From Candidatus Buchananbacteria bacterium CG10_big_fil_rev_8_21_14_0_10_33_19 (GTDB taxonomy: Bacteria; Patescibacteriota; Patescibacteriia; 2-01-FULL-39-33), in assembly GCA_002773855.1 (NCBI GenBank), contig PEZY01000005.1, positions 218,221 to 282,220 on the forward strand: 64,000 nucleotides of DNA, given 5' to 3'. The notes below the pieces were generated by a model. The model made no database searches, was not told where the DNA came from, and was given only the letters and a program-made list of their open reading frames with translations. A program made the position numbers and the translations under genes. The first letter of the stretch is position 1. Every line of letters starts with the position of its first letter. Positions 12,330 through 22,499 of the stretch are shown piece by piece.

Positions 12330-13577
12330 TTAAGCCTTTATTTTTCTAATCAAACTCATATTCACTATATCATATTTTGTACTAACTTCCACATAATATA
12401 ATTCAGCAGTGCCGCCACGAATTTTATCTAAACTTTTACCATTTTCGGTAAAAAATTCTTTAAATTTAATTTTATATACATCTCGTGGTGTCAAAATTTC
12501 AATATTTTCATTAGAGTCCAAGGAATTATGAGCTTTCAATGTTATTGTTTGACGACTACTATTTAATTTTTCTACTCCCACTACTTCCCCCACAAATTCC
12601 CAATCACTCATGGCCTTAGAGGTTTTAAATTCCTGTCGACTATTATTCTCATCACCCAATAAAAAACCAGTGGTGTAACCACGATTATCTATCTTATTTA
12701 ATTCACTTTTTATTTCTTTTAATTTTTTATTTTTTGGATCACTGTTTTCAACAATTAATAAATCCATCGCCTGACGATAAGCTCTGATGACTGTGGCTAA
12801 ATAATAAATACTTTTGGTGCGACCTTCTATTTTAAAAGACACTATCCCCGCTTTAGATAAAGATTCTAAATGATTCATTAAATTTAAATCCTTAGAGTTC
12901 ATAATATAGGTGCCATTTTCATCTTGTTCAACCGGGATCATTTCGCCTGGTCGCTTCGGTTCTTCTAAATAAACATTGTAATTCCAACGACAGGATTGTG
13001 TACACATCCCCAAATTAGCACTCCGCTTGTTAAACCAAGCTGACAGATAGCAGCGCCCAGAATAACTCATACACATAGACCCATGCACAAATATTTCCAA
13101 TTCTACCTTAGGTACTTTTTTATGAATCTCAACAATATCTACTAGTGATGTTTCTCGCCCCAGAATTACTCGCTCCACGCCTTGATCTTGCCAAAATTTA
13201 ACAGCTTCATAATTTAAAGTATTCATTTGTGTCGATAAATGAACTGGAATTTCCGGGATAATTCTTTTGACTACAGCCAAAACTCCTGGGTCAGCCAAAA
13301 TAATAGCATCAGGTTTAAATTCTTTTATTTTTTTTAAATAATTTGGCAACAATTTAAAATGCCGGTTATGAGCAAATATATTAATCGTAATATATACTTT
13401 TTTACCAAGTTGATGAGCATAATCGATACCAATTTTAATATCTTTTAAATCAAAATCAGTTTTCGCTCTAAGTGAATAGGCTGGTAAACCAATATAAACG
13501 GCATCGGCGCCATAGGCGAAAGCAATTTTTAATTTCTTTAAACTGCCGGCTGGTGCTAATAATTCAATTCTTTTCAT
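12330..13577 (-). CDS. U32 family protein (TrhP/YegQ-like tRNA hydroxylation)
   Basis: ELLAPAG, GADAVY, HGSMCMSYSGRCYLS, CTQSCR, KIEGR. Confidence 0.9.
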   Translation of the reverse strand: MKRIELLAPAGSLKKLKIAFAYGADAVYIGLPAYSLRAKTDFDLKDIKIGIDYAHQLGKKVYITINIFAHNRHFKLLPNYLKKIKEFKPDAIILADPGVLAVVKRIIPEIPVHLSTQMNTLNYEAVKFWQDQGVERVILGRETSLVDIVEIHKKVPKVELEIFVHGSMCMSYSGRCYLSAWFNKRSANLGMCTQSCRWNYNVYLEEPKRPGEMIPVEQDENGTYIMNSKDLNLMNHLESLSKAGIVSFKIEGRTKSIYYLATVIRAYRQAMDLLIVENSDPKNKKLKEIKSELNKIDNRGYTTGFLLGDENNSRQEFKTSKAMSDWEFVGEVVGVEKLNSSRQTITLKAHNSLDSNENIEILTPRDVYKIKFKEFFTENGKSLDKIRGGTAELYYVEVSTKYDIVNMSLIRKIKA

Positions 13578-13694
13578 AAATAATTTAAATAGTATAAAAC
13601 GAGAAAATTATACAATAATATAGCTAAAAATTCAAGTTAAACAAAAAATAAACAAATAAAAAATAGGCAATTTAATTGCCTATTAAAACCAAAA

Positions 13695-14558
13695 TTACCT
13701 ATACAGTTGATGTGCCAAAATATAATTAAAAATATGTTCATCAAGTTCTGGCATCATTATATCTTGGTGTCTTAACCACTCTCGAACATTAGTCGAAGCA
13801 GTATCCGGCACATCACTTTCTTCGGTCAGAAAAATATGCGGTGGTCTAAGGTACCAATTAACAGATTCATTTCTTTTTACGCCAATTCTTGGCACTACCA
13901 CAAAGCGCATCATTCTTTCTAGTTCTTCATAACCTACCCAAGTGGGAAAATCATTAGCATTATCCATACCAATAATAATACTAAAATCATATTGATCTTT
14001 GGCCATCTGTTGATCTAAAAGTGTTTTAACAAAATGATAAGTTTGTCCAGCTAATTGATTTTTTATTTCAAAATCAAACACCTTAATACGACCATCGACT
14101 CTAGCTGCAATTTCGCACATCCGCAAACGGTGTTCTGGATCAATCATCTGCTTACCATTCATATGACGATAACAAGGCATTAGCCAAACTTCATCAAAAG
14201 TTTTGCTGGTATTTAAAACAAACTGAGCCAACTTGATATGACCAATTGTTGGCGGATCAAAAGCTCCGCCTAGTATAGCTACCTTTAACTTACGGCCCAA
14301 CGTTTTATACTGCTCTTCACGCCTTTGAATTTTAACCAGAGTAGCTCTAACATTTTTTTCATAATCCCAACCACATTCGTTACACAGCTGAATAGCAGAG
14401 GCTAGTAGATCTCCAACTTCTTCCTGAAGATTAGCAACACCAGTCATTCGATGAAGTTCTATAGCTTCATCTAAAATATCATTCAATCTCTGTTTTAATG
14501 GTGTTCTACCAAATGTACTTTCAAAAATATCTTTTACTTGTTTTTGTAATTTGTTCAT
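13695..14558 (-). CDS. MazG-like pyrophosphohydrolase fused to NadD-like nucleotidyltransferase
   Basis: N-terminal DEAIE...EEVGDLL; C-terminal ILGGAFDPPTIGH, IIGMD, ASTNVR. Confidence 0.8.
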   Translation of the reverse strand: MNKLQKQVKDIFESTFGRTPLKQRLNDILDEAIELHRMTGVANLQEEVGDLLASAIQLCNECGWDYEKNVRATLVKIQRREEQYKTLGRKLKVAILGGAFDPPTIGHIKLAQFVLNTSKTFDEVWLMPCYRHMNGKQMIDPEHRLRMCEIAARVDGRIKVFDFEIKNQLAGQTYHFVKTLLDQQMAKDQYDFSIIIGMDNANDFPTWVGYEELERMMRFVVVPRIGVKRNESVNWYLRPPHIFLTEESDVPDTASTNVREWLRHQDIMMPELDEHIFNYILAHQLYR

Positions 14559-14652
14559 CAGAAAGGCTTCTCCCTTGGGTTAAGTTAATTTCAAAGTACA
14601 ACTCATAATAATAGCCAACAAGGTCAAAAATGTCAAATTTAGGCCAAAAACA

Positions 14653-14679
14653 AACACTTCAAGCCTAGCTTGAAGTGTT
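14653..14679. terminator. Hairpin terminator after ileS
   Basis: aacacttcaagc-cta-gcttgaagtgtt perfect inverted repeat. Confidence 0.75.
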
Positions 14680-14690
14680 CGCCATAAAAT

Positions 14691-17600
14691 TTAAATTTTC
14701 TGTATCGCTAATTTAACTTCTTCACCATTTAGATTAAAACTCTTACCATGATCATCCTGATTAATTAATTTAGAGGTTAAAGTAGAATTCTTTAGTTCGG
14801 TTGAAAGTTTTTCACCAGTTAACACTTGTTTCATTATTTCGCTATCACTAGTCCACAAAACATTTATCCGATCACCAATAGTTAAGCCATCTGTCTTTCT
14901 TAAGCTATTAATAGTTCTAATTAATTCTCGAAGTAAGCCTTCTAATTTTAATTCATCAGTTAATTCTAAATCTAATTCTACTTTTATTTCTGCGCCTTTT
15001 TCAAACTCGACAGTTTTCACATTTACTTCATCAGCGATTAGTTCAGATAGTTCGACTGGCAAATCATAACCAATGACTTTTAATTTAGCTAGCGGTTGTC
15101 TAATCTTTACTCCTTTTTCTGCTCGCATAGCCAAGCCCATTTCCACAATTCGTCTCACACTCTCCATTTGATCAATTATTTTATCATCAATGTTTCCAGC
15201 TTGTGGCCATTTGGCTAAATGAACTGATTCTAATTCTCCACCCACCCCACGGTAAACAGACTCAGCTAAAAACGGGACAAACGGTGCCATTACCTTGGAT
15301 ATTTCAATTAAGACAAAATTAAAAGTAGCAATCGCTTGATTCTTATCTTCGGTATCACCAGATTTAAAACGATCTCGACTGCGTCTTAACCACCAAGTTG
15401 AAAATTCATCAATAAAATCCTGAATTGGTCGCACCGCTTTAGCCAATTGATAATTATCCATCTCTTTGGAGACAGCTACTATTAATTCATTTAACTTCGA
15501 TAACAGCCACTTATCCAAAATATTTTTAGATTGATTATTTGGTTTAATGTTTTTATCTTCATATAATTGATAAAACTTTAAAACATTATTAGTTAACATC
15601 ACCACTTTTTGGAAAGCTTCTTTAACTCCCACTTCCGAAAAATTCAAATTTTCGGATGTCATCACTGGTGATGATAATAAATAAAACCGCAAAGCGTCAG
15701 CTCCATACTTATCCATTATCAAATCTGGTTCTGGATAATTCTTTAGTCGTTTACTCATCTTATTGCCATCCTCAGCTAGTACGATACCATTAGCAATAAC
15801 ATTTAAAAAGGCTGGCTTATCAAACAAAGCCGTGGCTAAAATCATTAAAGTATAAAACCAACCTCTGGTTTGATCGACACCTTCAGCAATAAAATCAGCT
15901 GGAAAAGTATCTTGGAATTTATCTTTATTTTCAAACGGATAATGCAGTTGAGCATATGGCATCGAACCAGATTCAAACCAACAATCCAACACTTCTGGCA
16001 CTCGTTTCATTTCACCAGTACACTTTTCACATTTAAATCTGATAGTATCAACAACATCCTTATGAATATCTACTGTTCTATTTTTTAACTGGGTAATTTC
16101 GGTATTATCTGGCATATCATGATCAAAAACATTTTCCTGTTTAGTACCAGATAACTTAGCCGCCAAAACTCTAATATTATCACCATGTGAGACTAATAAA
16201 ACATTTTTATCTGGGTACTGATTTCTAATATCTTTGACAAGATCCAGCATTCTATTTTCTATATCCAAAACGCTTTCACCACCGCCAGGCAAAGATTTAG
16301 TATAAGTCTTACGCCAATCTGCTAATGCTTTTGCAGCATCCTCATTGGCATCAGACTGATCTTGTAATTCACCAGGATTGACTTCATTCAATCTTTTATC
16401 AAAAATTAACCTAAGCCCTAGGCCATCAGCAATTATTTTAGCTGTTTCTCTGGCTCGCAAAACATCCGAACTAACAATTAAATCAATGTTTAAATCTTTT
16501 ACATTTTTAATCGCTACTTCAGCTTGAGTTTTACCTTTTTCGGTTAAGGGATATTTATTTTCATCATCACTAAAAACATTTAAAACATTTTTTTCAGACT
16601 CGGCATGACGAATAGCATAAATATTGGTACTAAAAATTTTTGATTTGTCTAATTCTTCTAGTGAACCAACTACTTTAATATCATTACAATCATTACAACG
16701 CCAAACTGGTAATGGAGCACCCCAAAATCTAGATCTGGAAATCGCCCAATCCCGGGCGTCCTCTAGCCATTTACCAAAACGACCATTTTTCAAATGATTG
16801 GGAATCCAATTAACTTGTTGATTATTTTTAATTAAATCTTTTTTAATTTCAGTTACCTTCACAAACCAAGAAGAAGTGGCGTAGTTAAGTAACGGTGTAT
16901 CACAACGCCAACAATGTGGATAGCTATGTTCATATTTTTCTTTAGCAAATAACAAGCCTTTTTCGGCTAAATATTTAATAATTACCACATCCGTTTTTTG
17001 AGTATCTTCTTTGGGCTTGACCTCTAGGCCAGCAAAAGCCTCACCAGCTTCTTTTTTGATATGACCAGTTTCATCAACATGTTGAATCATTGGCAAATTC
17101 TTTTCGTTACCCAAAGCCATATCTTCTTCACCAAAAGCTGGCGCGATATGCACTACTCCCACACCATCAGTCGTCGACACAAAATCAGCCGACACAATAA
17201 TGTATAAGTTCTCCCTATAGTCTATAGCCACGTCTTTATAACAATCAAAAAGTGGTTGATATTTTTTACCAACTAAATCATGGCCTTTTAAATTTTCTAC
17301 TATCTCATAACTTTTGTCAGCAAAAACTTTCTCCAGTAAATCTTTAGCTAAAATATAATTTACATCTTCACTTTTTACTTTTACATATTCAATATCCTCT
17401 CCCACTGCCAAAGCTACATTACCAATTAAAGTCCAAGGAGTAGTGGTCCAAGCTAGAACATAAGTCCCTGGTTCATCTACTAATTCAAATTTAGCCGTCA
17501 CTGCTAAATCCTTAACATCTTTATAACCCTGAGTTACTTCAAAATTAGACAAAGTAGTTTCACAACGTGGGCAAATATGCATAGATTTATAGCCTTCATA

Positions 17601-18110
17601 AATCAAATCCTTGTCCCACAATTCTTTAAACACCCACCAAATACTTTCCATATACCATGGCTCCATAGTCCGATAATCATGTTCCATGTCTACCCATCGG
17701 CCCATTCGAGGAATTGTTTTTTTCCAAATATCAGCGTAACGCAAAACACTTAAACGACAACTTTCATTAAATTTATCAATACCAATATCTTCAATATCCT
17801 TACGACTAGTTAAATTTAATTCTTGCTCTATCATATTTTCAACTGGCAAACCATGACAATCCCAACCCCAACGGCGTTCAACATAATGACCATTCATAGT
17901 TTGATACCTTGGTACCACATCTTTCATAATACTAGCCACCAAATGACCATAATGAGGAGTACCAGTAGCAAACGGTGGGCCATCATAAAAACTAAAAACC
18001 TTACCATTTTTAGTAGCCTCTAAACTTTTGTGAAATATATTATTATCTTCCCAAAATTTTTGGATTTCTTCTTCCTTTATAACTAAAGGATTCTTTTTTT
18101 GATCACTCAT
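14691..18110 (-). CDS. ileS: Isoleucyl-tRNA synthetase (type 2) with inserted histidine-phosphatase domain; probable start MSDQKK at 18110
   Basis: DGPPFATGTPHYGH, GWDCHGLP, WTTTPWTL, KMSKR; insert RHAES...SHGD. Confidence 0.96.
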   Translation of the reverse strand: MSDQKKNPLVIKEEEIQKFWEDNNIFHKSLEATKNGKVFSFYDGPPFATGTPHYGHLVASIMKDVVPRYQTMNGHYVERRWGWDCHGLPVENMIEQELNLTSRKDIEDIGIDKFNESCRLSVLRYADIWKKTIPRMGRWVDMEHDYRTMEPWYMESIWWVFKELWDKDLIYEGYKSMHICPRCETTLSNFEVTQGYKDVKDLAVTAKFELVDEPGTYVLAWTTTPWTLIGNVALAVGEDIEYVKVKSEDVNYILAKDLLEKVFADKSYEIVENLKGHDLVGKKYQPLFDCYKDVAIDYRENLYIIVSADFVSTTDGVGVVHIAPAFGEEDMALGNEKNLPMIQHVDETGHIKKEAGEAFAGLEVKPKEDTQKTDVVIIKYLAEKGLLFAKEKYEHSYPHCWRCDTPLLNYATSSWFVKVTEIKKDLIKNNQQVNWIPNHLKNGRFGKWLEDARDWAISRSRFWGAPLPVWRCNDCNDIKVVGSLEELDKSKIFSTNIYAIRHAESEKNVLNVFSDDENKYPLTEKGKTQAEVAIKNVKDLNIDLIVSSDVLRARETAKIIADGLGLRLIFDKRLNEVNPGELQDQSDANEDAAKALADWRKTYTKSLPGGGESVLDIENRMLDLVKDIRNQYPDKNVLLVSHGDNIRVLAAKLSGTKQENVFDHDMPDNTEITQLKNRTVDIHKDVVDTIRFKCEKCTGEMKRVPEVLDCWFESGSMPYAQLHYPFENKDKFQDTFPADFIAEGVDQTRGWFYTLMILATALFDKPAFLNVIANGIVLAEDGNKMSKRLKNYPEPDLIMDKYGADALRFYLLSSPVMTSENLNFSEVGVKEAFQKVVMLTNNVLKFYQLYEDKNIKPNNQSKNILDKWLLSKLNELIVAVSKEMDNYQLAKAVRPIQDFIDEFSTWWLRRSRDRFKSGDTEDKNQAIATFNFVLIEISKVMAPFVPFLAESVYRGVGGELESVHLAKWPQAGNIDDKIIDQMESVRRIVEMGLAMRAEKGVKIRQPLAKLKVIGYDLPVELSELIADEVNVKTVEFEKGAEIKVELDLELTDELKLEGLLRELIRTINSLRKTDGLTIGDRINVLWTSDSEIMKQVLTGEKLSTELKNSTLTSKLINQDDHGKSFNLNGEEVKLAIQKI

Positions 18111-18154
18111 ATTTTTGATATTTATTAATCCATTATGACATTTTTTGGGCAAAT

Positions 18155-18300
18155 AAAAAACCCAAATATGGTTTCAAGAGCCTTCACAGGCGGTACCATC
18201 TTGAGTTTATCTTAATTTATTAGCGATCACGGGCTAAACCGATTGGTTCTACTAACTAAAAAGCGTTCTGCCAATGACTCTTCTGGTGATTGCCAGAATA
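18155..18300 (-). promoter_or_regulatory. T-box riboswitch (ileS), ultrashort Stem I, AUC specifier
   Basis: Minus strand: UUCUGGCA-AUC-ACCAGAA; Stem II AUUGG..AGUAGAACCAAU; antiterminator CAAGA-UGGUACC-GCC..GGC-UCUUG; then U-tract. Confidence 0.85.
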
Positions 18301-18466
18301 ATATCGTCTTTTATATTGTTAAAATTGTATCTATAATATACTAGCTGTAATCAATTTTGTCAAACCAATCTGTTGTCATTAAATTACTTTCAATTTAAAA
18401 ATAAAAAGTCCAGATTTTTTTCTGAACTTCTTTATACTTGATAAAACTTTTTAAATCGTCATCATT

Positions 18467-19117
18467 TTAATCTAAAATAGCAACACCTAAAGCTAGACCA
18501 CCAATAAACGGCCAGAAACTATTGTTATTAACTTGGGATGCTTCAACCATCTGACGCTGACAATCTTTTAGCTTTTCCGATATTTCATCAACAGGACGAG
18601 TCATAGCCACTAAGTGAGATCTTAGCTCTTCATTATTATGAAACCACAAAGTAATACTATTAACTTCATACATCGTTAGACCACCGTACCGCTCACCAAA
18701 GCCCGTGAAACAAATTTCCGCAATCGGCGATGGAGTATCATCCAGTTGAGAGTCAGACTCACTCAAAACATTGATGCGAATTTTACTAATGGGCACTGTC
18801 TCATTTCTATAGCCATCAAAAAGCAATATCGCTTTAGAACTTTCAGCGCCAACAATGTATATGGCCTTAATTAGACCACAACGATGTTTAAATTCACGCC
18901 AAACCTTTTTTGAATCTGGCACTTCGTCTTTACTAATTTCAACATATTCCGTTTTAACTTTCGTATGAGCTGGAATTAATCTAAAGCCTAACAACTTGAA
19001 CTCTGGAACCTCAATTTGCACTTTTCTGGCAACAGGCCAATTAGTAACAGATATTTGATTAGACCTGGGATTACACCATTTGGAATTAGTTAATTCTTGT
19101 CTTTCCTTATTGCTCAT
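18467..19117 (-). CDS. Hypothetical protein with hydrophobic C-terminal tail
   Basis: 216-aa ORF with AGGAG SD and own promoter; no recognised family. Confidence 0.7.
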   Translation of the reverse strand: MSNKERQELTNSKWCNPRSNQISVTNWPVARKVQIEVPEFKLLGFRLIPAHTKVKTEYVEISKDEVPDSKKVWREFKHRCGLIKAIYIVGAESSKAILLFDGYRNETVPISKIRINVLSESDSQLDDTPSPIAEICFTGFGERYGGLTMYEVNSITLWFHNNEELRSHLVAMTRPVDEISEKLKDCQRQMVEASQVNNNSFWPFIGGLALGVAILD

Positions 19118-19282
19118 TTCTTTACTCCTGTGGTTGACTATTTATAATGTACTAACTATAGATATATCATATATCTAGTAATTTGTCAATCATCAATAAT
19201 AAAAAACGCTTACTACGCATTTATTCAACAAAAAACCACTAATAGCTCACCAGTGGTTTTCTAATATATCTGAATTTATTAT

Positions 19283-19474
19283 CTATTCCCAGCTAATAGC
19301 TTGAACCGGACAAGCGGTTATTGCTTCATCTACCTTGTCTTTATTAGTTTTATAGTCAGCCTTTTGGACCACGGCAATGATTCTATCGTCTTTGTCTTCC
19401 ATCTTAAAAACCTCTGGACACACGGCTTCACAGGTACCACAACCAATACAACTATCATTTACAATTGGTTTCAT
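19283..19474 (-). CDS. Monocluster ferredoxin
   Basis: CIGCGTC...CP and C-terminal CPVQAI. Confidence 0.93.
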   Translation of the reverse strand: MKPIVNDSCIGCGTCEAVCPEVFKMEDKDDRIIAVVQKADYKTNKDKVDEAITACPVQAISWE

Positions 19475-19503
19475 ATTATTTGGAATAATTAATTAAAATT
19501 TAA

Positions 19504-19902
19504 TCACTTAATAGCCAATATATCCTTAATTTTTTGTGCTAATTTGGCCGGCGTATAATCTGATTTTATTAAATAATTTTTAGCTCCCAGCTTCATGGCT
19601 CGATCTATTTCCGCTTTTTGAGTTAAGTTACTAAAAACATAAATCATAGTCTTACTAGCAACTTTATCAGCCTTAATTTCACCTAAAACCTCATAACCAT
19701 CCTTTTTAGGAATAATTAAATCCAATAACACTAAATCTGGTTTAATCTTTTTTACTGCGCTTAAAGTATTAGCACCATCATTTAACACAGTAACCTCAAA
19801 ACCAGCCTGTTTTAAGGAAATACTAAATAAATCAGCTAGATCTGGCTCATCTTCAACTAGTAATATTTTATATTTTTTAGTCATATATTTATTATACACC
19901 AA
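19504..19902 (-). CDS. Single-domain response regulator (CheY-like)
   Basis: LLVEDE, DLVLLD, DG, SN, K motif. Confidence 0.93.
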   Translation of the reverse strand: MVYNKYMTKKYKILLVEDEPDLADLFSISLKQAGFEVTVLNDGANTLSAVKKIKPDLVLLDLIIPKKDGYEVLGEIKADKVASKTMIYVFSNLTQKAEIDRAMKLGAKNYLIKSDYTPAKLAQKIKDILAIK

Positions 19903-19919
19903 TTTATAATAAGTAAAAA

Positions 19920-21626
19920 TTACATTTGGTCTAGTGGTTCAATGCCCAACAAATCCAAACCATTAATCAAAACTTTCCTAATTGAATCCACCAATATTAG
20001 TCTAGCTTCTTTGATTTCCTTAGTTGAGTTAATAATTGGTGATTTTTGATAGAAAGCCGAAAATAATTTGGCTAAATCAAATAAATATTTAGCCACCTGA
20101 CTAGGATCATAATTTTTGGCCGACTCGGCTACTACTTCAGGAAAACTAGCTAATTGTAACAAGATTTCTTTTTCTAAATCACTATTTAATTTTGAATAGT
20201 CAATAGTAGAAAAAGTGGTGACTTTAGCTTTTTTGAGAACGCTACTAATACGGCTGCAAGTGTACTGAATATAAGGTCCACTAAACCCGTCAAAACTCAG
20301 AGCTTCGTCAATATCAAAAGTAATAACACTATTATTGCCAACCTTTAACATATTAAATTTAATAGCTGATAAAGCAATTTTTCTAGCTACTTCATTAATC
20401 TTTTTTTCTGGCCAATCTTCGTGTCTATTTTTTGTCTCAATAGTGGCGCGATCGACAACTTGATTATAAAAATCTTCAAATAAAACTACATTACCTTTAC
20501 GCGAAGCCATGGCTCCATCTTTTAAAGTTACAAACTCATACGGAATATGAATCATTTTTTTATCAAAACCAATCACCTCCATAGTTTTAAAAAATTGCTG
20601 CAAGTAAAAACTCTGGCGACTATCTACCACCACAATACTCTCGTCAATTTTAAACTTTTCAAATTTTAATTTAGCCAAAGCCAATTCTTTGGTCGAATAA
20701 AGTGAAGAACCGTCAGATTTTAAAAGTAAAAATTGTTTTAAATGATATTTTTCTAAATCGATTATTACTGCTCCTTCTGATTTTTGAGCCACACCCTGCT
20801 CTAATAATTCGGCCACCATTTTTTTACCAGGCTTTTCTACTTCACTTTCATAAAAAAAATGATCAAACTTAACACCCAATATTTTATAAATACGATCAAA
20901 ATCATCCAAGCTCCATTTTCTAGTTTTTTTCCATAAAGCTGTCCATTTTTTATCACCAGTTTCTAATTTTTGCAGAACCTCATCAACTTCTTTTTTATAT
21001 TCTAGATTAGATTCTATTTTTTGTGAGCCATCAGTATAAACCTGACCCAAGAATTTACCTTTATTTTCTGGTAACTCCTTAGCTGAATAAAATTTATCGT
21101 AAGCCCACAAACATTTCGCTACATGAGCACCAATATCACCAATATAATTAACAGCGGTTACCTTATGCCCAGAAAATCTTAAAATGTTAACCAAACTATT
21201 ACCAAGTATAGCGTTCCTCAAGTGGCCAACATGAAATTCTTTGTGAGTATTAGGCTGAGAAAACTCTAACATAATTTTCTTTGGACTATTTTTGGCGCCA
21301 CCGTAAATATCTTTGTTTTTTTGGATCTCATTATTTACCGACTTGCCCAAAATTTCTGGATCAATAAAAAAATTTAGATAAGCGCCAATGTTTTTTATCT
21401 CCTTAATCACTCCGCCAGAATTTATTTTTTCGGCCAGCTCTTGGGCAATTTGATTTGGTGATTGTCTAGTTATTTTTGATAAATAAAAACACGGTACTGC
21501 TAAATCACCCATCATAGAATCTGGTGGCACTACTACTTCTAATTTATGTAAATCAAAATCTACCTCAATAGCCTGGGCTATGAGATCTATAATCTGCTTT
21601 TTAATTTTTAAAATTATGTAATCCAT
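19920..21626 (-). CDS. argS: Arginyl-tRNA synthetase
   Basis: QPNTHKEFHVGHLRN, MASRKG, GPYIQY, DALR-like C-terminus. Confidence 0.97.
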   Translation of the reverse strand: MDYIILKIKKQIIDLIAQAIEVDFDLHKLEVVVPPDSMMGDLAVPCFYLSKITRQSPNQIAQELAEKINSGGVIKEIKNIGAYLNFFIDPEILGKSVNNEIQKNKDIYGGAKNSPKKIMLEFSQPNTHKEFHVGHLRNAILGNSLVNILRFSGHKVTAVNYIGDIGAHVAKCLWAYDKFYSAKELPENKGKFLGQVYTDGSQKIESNLEYKKEVDEVLQKLETGDKKWTALWKKTRKWSLDDFDRIYKILGVKFDHFFYESEVEKPGKKMVAELLEQGVAQKSEGAVIIDLEKYHLKQFLLLKSDGSSLYSTKELALAKLKFEKFKIDESIVVVDSRQSFYLQQFFKTMEVIGFDKKMIHIPYEFVTLKDGAMASRKGNVVLFEDFYNQVVDRATIETKNRHEDWPEKKINEVARKIALSAIKFNMLKVGNNSVITFDIDEALSFDGFSGPYIQYTCSRISSVLKKAKVTTFSTIDYSKLNSDLEKEILLQLASFPEVVAESAKNYDPSQVAKYLFDLAKLFSAFYQKSPIINSTKEIKEARLILVDSIRKVLINGLDLLGIEPLDQM

Positions 21627-21705
21627 TAAACTTATTCTACTCTAAAATTGCCCATAAATCAAACAAAAAACCGTTCCAATTAGGGAACGGCTACTTCAAA
21701 GCTTT

Positions 21706-22098
21706 TTAGAAATCATGTAAAGAATCAATGGCTTTGGCTGGAACGTTCCTCATTCCCGCATGACCATCCTGCTCTAATAAAAATCTACAAATATATTGCC
21801 TGGCATTAACTGGCACTTTCAAAAGCAGTAGTAAATTATCTCTAGCGTGGGGCTCGATCCAGCTAATATGCTTCATTAGTAGATCAACTTCCGCACAAGT
21901 AATTTTTAGAAAATTAGCCACTTCGATTGGCAATAGGCCACGTTCCTCAATAAAACTTTTAAAATCAACAAGGTTACCAGCAGACGGCGCTTTAGGACCA
22001 GCCTTAATAACCTCATTAAACCTATCTGACTCTCGCCTACAAAGAATATACTTTTCTTCGACTGCTGGATGATTAGTACATTTTTTGTCCTTATCCAC
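21706..22098 (-). CDS. Hypothetical protein, possible XRE-type HTH
   Basis: GTG start with GGAGG SD; FIEERGLLPIEVANFLKIT resembles an HTH. Confidence 0.55.
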   Translation of the reverse strand: MDKDKKCTNHPAVEEKYILCRRESDRFNEVIKAGPKAPSAGNLVDFKSFIEERGLLPIEVANFLKITCAEVDLLMKHISWIEPHARDNLLLLLKVPVNARQYICRFLLEQDGHAGMRNVPAKAIDSLHDF

Positions 22099-22177
22099 TC
22101 TACACCTCCCTTGTATTTAAATGTGCCAAGAACTTTGACCTAAAAGTATAATAATATGACAATATTGTCAAGATGCC

Positions 22178-22206
22178 TTGACCAAATAAACAAAAAAGTC
22201 TATAAT
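22178..22206 (+). promoter_or_regulatory. sigma70 promoter of thrS leader
   Basis: TTGACC-17-TATAAT. Confidence 0.8.
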
Positions 22207-22214
22207 TTTAACTA

Positions 22215-22410
22215 TAAAACGATTGAAGCGAGTACCAACCGCTTACTCCCATTAACTATTAATCGGAGCCATAAGTTTGTTTATGCTAAGTTTTTAAAAA
22301 AGAGCCTATAAAATTATCTATAGGAATGCGGGTGGAACCGCGGAAGGACAATAAACCTTTCGTCCCGAACATATTTTTTAATATATATGTTTAGGAGGAA
22401 AGGTTTTTTT
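22215..22410 (+). promoter_or_regulatory. T-box riboswitch (thrS) with terminator
   Basis: AATGCGGGTGGAACCGCG T-box; antiterminator CGGG-UGGAACC-GCGGAAGG..CCUUUCGU-CCCG; terminator ending GAAAGGUUUUUUU; ACC (Thr) in AAGCG-AGUACCAAC-CGCUU hairpin. Confidence 0.88.
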
Positions 22411-22499
22411 ATTTATCTGGCTTAATGTTTTATAATTAAAATAATATAAAAAATCCAACTCTATTTAAGTAGTTTAATCTAAAAAAATAATTCAATTAT

